Position numbers and translations under genes: made by a program. A DNA stretch of 5,551 nucleotides from IMG/VR virus record IMGVR_UViG_2690316166_000013, positions 1-5,551 of that record; one strand, given 5' to 3'. The notes below the pieces were generated by a model. That model saw nothing but the letters and a program-made list of their open reading frames with translations. It was not told the origin of the DNA and searched no databases. Position 1 is the first letter of the stretch. Each line of letters opens with the position of its first letter. The DNA is from a virus (lineage: Duplodnaviria; Heunggongvirae; Uroviricota; Caudoviricetes). This document shows, in pieces, positions 1-5,551 of this stretch.

Positions 1-3000
1 AAACGTCCGAGACGAACGCCAGGTCTTCTGAAACGGCAGCGGGACAGAGTGCCTCAGCTGCGGCAGGCTCAAAAACAGCGGCTGCGTCGTCTGCCAGCGC
101 CGCGTCAACAAGTGCCGGGCAGGCCTCAGCCAGTGCCACCGCCGCCGGAAAATCGGCAGAAAGCGCCGCATCATCCGCTTCAACAGCCACAACGAAGGCT
201 GGCGAAGCCACTGAGCAGGCCACGGCAGCAGCGAGGTCAGCTTCCGCAGCGAAGACATCCGAAACGAACGCGAAAGCGTCGGAAACCAGCGCAGAATCCT
301 CAAAAACGGCTGCCGCATCGTCCGCCAGTTCGGCGGCGTCATCGGCATCATCGGCGTCTGCTTCAAAAGATGAGGCGACCAGACAGGCGTCAGCAGCGAA
401 GGGCAGCGCCACGACGGCATCCACGAAGGCGACAGAGGCTGCTGGTAGTGCGACGGCAGCAGCTCAGAGCAAAAGTACGGCGGAATCCGCGGCAACGCGC
501 GCCGAGACAGCAGCTAAACGGGCAGAGGATATTGCATCCGCCGTGGCGCTTGAGGATGCAAGTACGACGAAAAAGGGGATAGTACAGCTCAGTAGTGCGA
601 CTAACAGCACTTCCGAGTCACTGGCGGCAACACCAAAAGCCGTTAAGGCCGCGTATGACCTGGCTAACGGGAAATACACCGCACAGGATGCAACGACAGC
701 ACAGAAAGGGATAATCCAGCTAAGCAGCGCGACCAACAGCACGTCTGAAACGCTGGCGGCAACGCCAAAGGCAGTAAAAGCAGCCAATGACAATGCTGAG
801 AAACGTCTGCAGAAAGATCAGAACGGTGCGGATATCCCTGGCAAAGACACCTTTACGAAAAATATTGGTGCCTGCCGTGCCTTCGGTGGGTCAGTAAGCA
901 CAACAACAGGAAACTGGACGACTGCACAGTTTATCGAGTGGCTGGATTCTCAGGGAGCATTTAACCATCCATACTGGATGTGCAAGGGTTCCTGGTCTTA
1001 TGGCAATAATAAAATCATTACTGATACTGGCTGCGGTAATATTCATCTCGCCGGAGCTGTCATTGAAGTAATGGGGATAAAGTCAGCGATGACGATCCGC
1101 ATTACCACTCCGACCACATCCAGCGGTGGCGGAACAACCAACGCCCAGTTTACCTATATTAATCACGGAACAGATTATTCACCTGGCTGGCGAAGGGACT
1201 ATAACTCCAGAAATAAGCCAACGGCATCAGAGATCGGGGCGCTACCGTCAGGTGGAACAGCAGTATCATCAGTTAATCTGGCTTCAAAAGGTCGGGTAGC
1301 CGCGCTGACAGACAATACGCAGGGGGCAGCAGGTCTTGAGTTATACGAGGTGTATAACAACGGATATCCAACAGCGTATGGAAATATCATTCACCTGAAA
1401 GGGATGACAGCCGTTGGCGAAGGTGAGTTACTCATCGGCTGGAGTGGTACAAGCGGTGCTCATGCTCCGGCATTTATTCGTTCACGACGGGATACGACCG
1501 ACGCAAACTGGTCGCCGTGGGCGCAGCTTTACACCTCGGCTCATCCTCCTGCAGAGTTTTATCCAGTCGGTGCACCAATCCCGTGGCCATCAGATACCGT
1601 TCCGTCTGGTTATGCCCTGATGCAGGGGCAGACTTTTGACAAATCTGCTTACCCGAAACTTGCAGCCGCTTATCCGTCAGGCGTGATCCCTGATATGCGT
1701 GGCTGGACGATTAAGGGCAAGCCCGCCAGTGGTCGTGCCGTATTGTCTCAGGAACAGGACGGCATTAAATCGCACACCCACAGCGCCAGCGCATCCAGTA
1801 CGGATTTGGGGACGAAAACCACATCGTCGTTTGATTACGGCACTAAATCCACGAATAACACCGGGGCGCATACGCACAGTCTGAGCGGCTCTACAAGTTC
1901 AGCTGGGGCCCACCAACATAGTCAGACTGGGCCCAGAACGAATAGCGGGAGTCAACCTACTGGAATGTTTCCGGCAGGGAGTACTCAAGTTAGCGGGACT
2001 AATCAGGTTGGTATCAGTGGCTCATTAACCAGTGGCACCTCCCAATGGGTAATCGTTAACGATAACTTGTCGTGCAAAAAACTTTTTGCCACAGACGAAA
2101 TTGTAGCGCGTGGTGGTAATCAGATTCGAATGATAGGTGGGGAGTATGGTGCATTATGGCGTAATGATGGCGCTAAAACTTACCTGCTGCTTACCAATCA
2201 AGGTGATGTTTATGGTGGCTGGAATACATTAAGACCGTTTGCTATTGATAACGCAACCGGCGAACTGGTTATTGGAACCAAACTGTCCGCAAGTCTGAAC
2301 GGTAATGCATTAACAGCAACAAAGCTGCAAACGCCAAGACTGGTTTCTGGTGTTGAGTTTGATGGTTCCAGAGATATTACTTTAACCGCTGCGCATGTTG
2401 CTGCTTTTGCCAGAAGAGCAACGGATACGTATGCCGATGCGGATGGGGGCGTTCCCTGGAATGCCGAATCAGGCGCTTACAATGTCACCCGCTCTGGCTA
2501 CAGCTATATTCTGGTTAACTTCTATACCGGAGTCGGAAGTTGCCGGACCTTGCAGATGAAGGCGCATTACAGAAATGGTGGTCTGTTCTACCGTTCTTCA
2601 AGAGACGGTTATGGTTTTGAGGAAGATTGGGCAGAAGTTTATACCTCGAAAAATCTTCCACCAGAAAGCTACCCAGTCGGCGCACCAATCCCGTGGCCAT
2701 CAGATACCGTTCCGTCTGGTTATGCCCTGATGCAGGGGCAGACTTTTGACAAATCTGCATACCCGAAACTTGCAGCGGCTTATCCGTCAGGCGTTATTCC
2801 TGATATGCGTGGCTGGACGATTAAGGGCAAGCCCGCCAGTGGTCGTGCCGTATTGTCTCAGGAACAGGACGGCATTAAATCGCACACCCACAGCGCCAGC
2901 GCATCCAGTACGGATTTGGGTACGAAAACCACATCGTCGTTTGATTACGGTACTAAATCCACGAATAACACTGGTGCGCATACCCATAGTTTAAGTGGCA

Positions 3001-3359
3001 GCACGAATGCAGCTGGTAATCACAGCCATAGAGATGGCCGTCGATTTAACCCCAGTGTTTTTAAAGATACTTATCAATATGGTTATACAAGCTCAGGTCA
3101 AAATACTTGGGGTGTACAAGGCTCAGTAGGTATGTCTACGGGGTGGTTAGCTAATACCAGTACAGATGGTAATCATAGCCACTCACTGTCCGGCACAGCA
3201 GCATCTGCAGGTGCACACGCACATACTGTCGGTATTGGTGCTCATACGCACTCTGTTGCGATTGGTTCACATGGACACACCATCACCGTTAACGCTGCTG
3301 GTAACGCGGAAAACACCGTCAAAAACATCGCATTTAACTATATTGTGAGGCTTGCATGA
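1..3359 (+). CDS. stf: Side tail fibre protein (lambda Stf-like), 5'-partial; the gene starts upstream of the window
   Basis: Frame beginning at nt 3 is open with no stop to TGA 3357-3359 (translated by hand: [20 protein letters not shown]...). The ORF track starts it at 543 only because no ATG/GTG/TTG occurs earlier in frame. Ala/Ser/Thr/Lys-rich N-terminal region, twin GI(V/I)[11 protein letters not shown](S/T)LAATPKAVK motifs, PIPWPSD...[13 protein letters not shown] module, C-terminal His boxes ([30 protein letters not shown]) and terminal [22 protein letters not shown] match lambda Stf as I recall it. At least 1118 codons in window. Confidence 0.9.
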   Translation, partial: TSETNARSSETAAGQSASAAAGSKTAAASSASAASTSAGQASASATAAGKSAESAASSASTATTKAGEATEQATAAARSASAAKTSETNAKASETSAESSKTAAASSASSAASSASSASASKDEATRQASAAKGSATTASTKATEAAGSATAAAQSKSTAESAATRAETAAKRAEDIASAVALEDASTTKKGIVQLSSATNSTSESLAATPKAVKAAYDLANGKYTAQDATTAQKGIIQLSSATNSTSETLAATPKAVKAANDNAEKRLQKDQNGADIPGKDTFTKNIGACRAFGGSVSTTTGNWTTAQFIEWLDSQGAFNHPYWMCKGSWSYGNNKIITDTGCGNIHLAGAVIEVMGIKSAMTIRITTPTTSSGGGTTNAQFTYINHGTDYSPGWRRDYNSRNKPTASEIGALPSGGTAVSSVNLASKGRVAALTDNTQGAAGLELYEVYNNGYPTAYGNIIHLKGMTAVGEGELLIGWSGTSGAHAPAFIRSRRDTTDANWSPWAQLYTSAHPPAEFYPVGAPIPWPSDTVPSGYALMQGQTFDKSAYPKLAAAYPSGVIPDMRGWTIKGKPASGRAVLSQEQDGIKSHTHSASASSTDLGTKTTSSFDYGTKSTNNTGAHTHSLSGSTSSAGAHQHSQTGPRTNSGSQPTGMFPAGSTQVSGTNQVGISGSLTSGTSQWVIVNDNLSCKKLFATDEIVARGGNQIRMIGGEYGALWRNDGAKTYLLLTNQGDVYGGWNTLRPFAIDNATGELVIGTKLSASLNGNALTATKLQTPRLVSGVEFDGSRDITLTAAHVAAFARRATDTYADADGGVPWNAESGAYNVTRSGYSYILVNFYTGVGSCRTLQMKAHYRNGGLFYRSSRDGYGFEEDWAEVYTSKNLPPESYPVGAPIPWPSDTVPSGYALMQGQTFDKSAYPKLAAAYPSGVIPDMRGWTIKGKPASGRAVLSQEQDGIKSHTHSASASSTDLGTKTTSSFDYGTKSTNNTGAHTHSLSGSTNAAGNHSHRDGRRFNPSVFKDTYQYGYTSSGQNTWGVQGSVGMSTGWLANTSTDGNHSHSLSGTAASAGAHAHTVGIGAHTHSVAIGSHGHTITVNAAGNAENTVKNIAFNYIVRLA
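573..836 (+). repeat. Tandem pair of phage-tail-fibre repeat motifs (132-nt period), coding, inside stf
   Basis: [32 protein letters not shown] (from ~573) and [32 protein letters not shown] (from ~705) lie 44 codons apart; nucleotide copies are diverged but clearly related. Confidence 0.6.
1563..1870 (+). repeat. Intragenic direct repeat, copy A (partner at 2673-2980)
   Basis: Hand alignment of 1573-1860 against 2683-2970 shows 7 mismatches in 288 bp, including a 122-bp perfect block (1689-1810 = 2799-2920). Offset is exactly 1110 bp. Both copies encode the identical peptide [112 protein letters not shown]. Confidence 0.85.
2673..2980 (+). repeat. Intragenic direct repeat, copy B (partner at 1563-1870)
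   Basis: Same alignment as copy A; identity decays after ~2970 but the protein stays similar ([20 protein letters not shown] vs [20 protein letters not shown]). Confidence 0.85.
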
Positions 3360-4246
3360 TTACGCTCATTCTTTCTGCACCAGTAACAGAAATGGCTGAA
3401 GCATTTAAGCGGGTATTTGCAAACGCAGATAATGTGAATATTGTCGGAAAGCCATTTGAAACAATCAGAGAATTTGACTGCATGGTAAGTGCGGCAAATA
3501 GTTTCGGCCTGATGGATGGCGGCGTTGATGCCGCCATTACCGCATTCTTCGGTACTCAGTTACAGTCCCGCGTTCAGAATCATATTCTTCGTGAATATCT
3601 AGGCGAACAGCCTGTAGGTTCTGCATTTGTAATTGAAACGGGGCATAATCATCACCCCTGGCTGGTACATGCGCCAACAATGCGTGTTCCGCTGACAATT
3701 GACGGAACAGACGCTGTATATAATGCAACCTGGGCCGCTCTGCTTGCCATCTTTCAGCACAATAAAAACGCAACGACAGACAGGAAAATAAAGACGGTGG
3801 TATTCCCTGCAATGGGGGCCGGATGTGGTCAGGTTCCGTTTGAAAGCGTTGCCTGGCAAATGAAGCAGGCATGGGATAACTTTAATAAGAAAACAGAATC
3901 AATTTACTGGGAATACGCACACTCCCGCCAGTCGGCAGTATTTGGCACATATGCATACTGTCCGGGTAATTCTGTTTGCCGTTATGCGGATACTAAATAT
4001 ATTGGATGCGGCGATTATCGGACGTATTGCTCACGTTCCGGGCAGTTCTGTATTAGCCATGTGCATCAGGCTGATGACGTGCTGACTAATAATCGCTCTC
4101 GCCCTGATTCGCATACACACCGGTTTAATCCAGAAAATCCCGTAGGCAATCTCACCTCTGGCGCACATAGCCACGGAAGTAGCATCGTTATTGGTGCTCC
4201 CACCCATACGCTCAATAAACAATATTCTGTCTCTGATATTAAGTAG
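3356..4246 (+). CDS. Macro-domain (ADP-ribose binding / ADP-ribosyl hydrolase-like) protein with Cys-rich, His-box tail-fibre-like C-terminal extension; function unknown
   Basis: 296-codon ORF. ATG 3356 overlaps the stf stop (ATGA, 3356-3359) and has GAGG at 3347-3350. Macro-domain motifs seen in the translation: SAAN (N48, nt 3497-3499), [11 protein letters not shown] (aa 51-61) and [14 protein letters not shown] (aa 148-161), comparable to the NAAN / GGGVDGAI / FPAISTG motifs of YmdB/MacroD. C-terminal aa ~181-296 contain C-x5-C-x9-C-x6-C-x6-C followed by DSHTH...[17 protein letters not shown]. Stop TAG 4244-4246. Confidence 0.7.
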   Translation: MITLILSAPVTEMAEAFKRVFANADNVNIVGKPFETIREFDCMVSAANSFGLMDGGVDAAITAFFGTQLQSRVQNHILREYLGEQPVGSAFVIETGHNHHPWLVHAPTMRVPLTIDGTDAVYNATWAALLAIFQHNKNATTDRKIKTVVFPAMGAGCGQVPFESVAWQMKQAWDNFNKKTESIYWEYAHSRQSAVFGTYAYCPGNSVCRYADTKYIGCGDYRTYCSRSGQFCISHVHQADDVLTNNRSRPDSHTHRFNPENPVGNLTSGAHSHGSSIVIGAPTHTLNKQYSVSDIK

Positions 4247-4254
4247 AGGTGAAC

Positions 4255-4771
4255 ATGGATTTTAGAATGACTGAACAACCACGGACCATAAAAATTTATA
4301 ATTTGCTGGCCGGAACTAATGAATTTATTGGTGAAGGTGACGCATATATTCCGCCTCATACAGGTCTGCCTGCAAACATCGTGGCATCTCGTTGAAGATC
4401 ATCGGGGTAAAACGGTTTATGACGTGGCTTCCGGCGACGCGTTATTTATTTCTGAACTCGGCTCATTACCGGAAAATGTCACCTGGTTATCCCCGGAAGG
4501 GGAGTTTCAGAAGTGGAACGGCACAGCCTGGGTGAAGGATACGGAAGCAGAAAAACTGTTCCGGATCCGGGAGGCGGAAGAAACAAAAAACAGCCTGATG
4601 CAGGTAGCCAGTGAGCATATAGCGCCGCTTCAGGATGCTGTGGATCTGGAGATCGCAACGGAGAAAGAAACCTTGTTGCTGGAAGCCTGGAAAAAGTATC
4701 GGGTGTTGCTGAACCGTGTTGATACATCAACTGCACCGGATATTGAATGGCCAGTAGCACCTATAGGGTAA
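4255..4771 (+). pseudogene. tfa: Tail fibre assembly protein (lambda Tfa-like), disrupted by a frameshift / internal deletion
   Basis: ATG 4255 with GAGG at 4246-4249. Frame 1 reads [41 protein letters not shown], then IVASR and TGA at 4393-4395. The rest of the Tfa-like sequence ([133 protein letters not shown] 4769-4771) continues in the +1 frame from ~4379. Against lambda Tfa as I recall it, ~22 codons ([22 protein letters not shown]) are missing at the junction, a deletion of 3n+2 nt. Confidence 0.75.
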
Positions 4772-4853
4772 ATTCGTAATGATTACCTAAATACGTTATT
4801 CTTTTGTTAAAAAAGTGATTTTGCTATAGGTAGGGAGTATGTTCTTGGATTAA

Positions 4854-4888
4854 GAATAAAAAATCGCCATGAAAGAGCTTCATGGCGA
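4854..4888 (-). terminator. Rho-independent terminator for a minus-strand transcript
   Basis: Perfect 10-bp stem TCGCCATGAA (4864-4873) / TTCATGGCGA (4879-4888) with 5-nt loop. On the minus strand the hairpin is followed by TTTTTTATT (complement of 4854-4862). There is no T-run after it on the + strand. Confidence 0.45.
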
Positions 4889-5036
4889 GTACATAAACGT
4901 ACAAAATGTGATGAAAGTAGAGTGGCGTAAGCCACTATATTAAGATATGACAATAGCGAAGAAAAGTAAATAACATTTTATGGACGTTTAATTGTTAATT
5001 ATAAAAACTAGAGTGCCCGATATTGTTTATCTTGCT

Positions 5037-5138
5037 TTAAAATAATGTACTCAAACCAAATTTTTGAGCTAAAAGCTCAAATAATATAAATGCAATAATA
5101 ATGTTTAATAAGACAATTAGCTTGCTTTGTATTTTCAT
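5037..5138 (-). CDS. Candidate small hydrophobic protein (33 aa), hypothetical
   Basis: Minus-strand ATG (5138-5136) to TAA (5039-5037) encodes MKIQSKLIVLLNIIIAFILFELLAQKFGLSTLF: basic N-terminus then one predicted transmembrane helix. Possible sigma70 promoter upstream on the minus strand (TTGACT, complement of 5196-5201; 17-bp spacer; TATTGT, complement of 5173-5178) and the terminator at 4854-4888 downstream. No clear Shine-Dalgarno; below the ORF-track size cutoff. Confidence 0.2.
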   Translation of the reverse strand: MKIQSKLIVLLNIIIAFILFELLAQKFGLSTLF

Positions 5139-5520
5139 TTCGGAATACTGTTAAGTAACTTTGATGACCCTAACAATAGATCGGAATTTTCTTAGAGTCA
5201 ATGGTCACTGTTTTTGCTTGCAAAGCAAATGTTTTGGTGGTTATAAGTTGTCTTAATATAGTCACGCATGCAACTTGTTCCATGCGGAGATTAAAGATTG
5301 GAATATAACGCGAAGATGGAATTAAATTACATTTGCAATAATCAATTTATTATTACTCAATAATTACCGATATTATTATTGTAAATTAATCATTAGAGTG
5401 CAAAAAGAAATGTAACGGCAAAATAAGAGGACGATAGCTGAGAAAAAAGCGTGCTTTCCCAATCTGGGGCAAATCACGTCTGAATGACACCTGAAAACAG
5501 GTGGTAGCCTCAAGAAGGCT

Positions 5521-5551
5521 GGTGATGCTGCCAACTTACTGATTTAGTGTA
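5521..5551 (+). mobile_element. IS1 insertion sequence, left terminal inverted repeat (element continues past the window end)
   Basis: GGTGATGCTGCCAACTTACTGATTTAGTGTA matches the first 31 nt of IS1 (IRL GGTGATGCTGCCAACTTACTGAT...) as I recall it. Confidence 0.85.

Noticed and set aside
49-582. 177-aa + strand ORF, extremely Arg/Pro/Gln-rich
   Set aside because: It is the +1 alternate frame of the Ala/Ser-rich stf shaft region; the composition is a codon-bias artefact and the stf frame is the one with recognisable fibre motifs.
1563-2980. Diversity-generating retroelement (template/variable repeat pair) acting on the fibre gene
   Set aside because: Both repeats lie inside the gene, the 7 mismatches are not adenine-specific (t/c, t/c, t/a, c/g, g/t, c/t, g/t, c/t), and there is no reverse transcriptase ORF in the window.
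464-2994. Antisense and alternate-frame ORFs overlapping stf (464-793 -, 1199-1390 -, 1414-1620 +, 1677-1877 -, 1699-1884 +, 2515-2760 -, 2746-2994 +, 2787-2987 -)
   Set aside because: Shadow ORFs inside a long, clearly coding fibre gene. The pairs 1677-1877/2787-2987 and 1699-1884/2746-2994 simply reflect the intragenic direct repeat. No independent start signals or recognisable protein features.
3166-4359. ORFs 3166-3348 +, 3334-3537 -, 3537-3872 -, 3599-3859 -, 4031-4222 -, 4066-4359 -
   Set aside because: They overlap the stf 3' end or the macro-domain ORF in other frames or on the other strand; the translations are low-complexity or hydrophobic with no motifs, so they are taken as shadows of the real genes.
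4370-4400. Programmed +1 ribosomal frameshift joining the two tfa frames
   Set aside because: No slippery homopolymer or known +1 shift motif at the junction; an internal deletion relative to lambda tfa explains the frame change more simply.
4479-4760. 93-aa minus-strand ORF
   Set aside because: Antisense shadow of the tfa C-terminal coding region.
4319-4771. 150-aa ORF starting at ATG 4319 as an independent gene
   Set aside because: Its first ~20 residues ([20 protein letters not shown]) are an out-of-frame reading of the tfa N-terminal coding region; only the part from ~4379 onward is Tfa-like. It is better explained as the downstream half of a frameshifted tfa.
1563-4771. Pin/Gin-type invertible fibre segment (as in Mu, P1, e14)
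   Set aside because: The repeats are direct, not inverted; no invertase gene or crossover-site inverted repeats flank the fibre 3' end in this window.
5201-5308. 35-codon + strand ORF (MVTVFACKANVLVVISCLNIVTHATCSMRRLKIGI) and several mini-ORFs of 20 codons or fewer in the AT-rich island
   Set aside because: No ribosome-binding site or promoter/terminator context; ORFs of this size are expected by chance in AT-rich DNA. Only the minus-strand 33-codon ORF has supporting promoter and terminator context, and even that is low confidence.
4772-5520. CRISPR array, tRNA or other structured RNA gene in the AT-rich island
   Set aside because: No regularly spaced direct repeats and no GC-rich cloverleaf-capable segments; only short isolated hairpins.

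Overview
This window is the distal end of a lambdoid (pro)phage tail-fibre module, probably in an E. coli/Shigella-type genome. All homology calls come from reading the translations and from memory of lambda Stf/Tfa, macro-domain and IS1 sequences; no database search was run. Left to right on the + strand: (1) the 3' ~3.36 kb of a very long side-tail-fibre gene (stf-like), open from the window edge to 3359, which contains two near-identical ~300-bp direct repeats exactly 1110 bp apart (in frame). (2) A translationally coupled 296-codon ORF (3356-4246) with macro-domain (ADP-ribose binding/hydrolase) signature motifs in its first ~180 aa and a Cys-rich, His-box tail-fibre-like C-terminus; this is the most unusual element and the best candidate for something undescribed. 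(3) A tfa (tail fibre assembly) homologue split across two reading frames, probably a pseudogene. (4) A ~750-bp AT-rich island with no long ORFs, carrying a minus-strand intrinsic terminator and a candidate 33-codon hydrophobic mini-ORF. (5) The first 31 bp of an IS1 element at the right edge.
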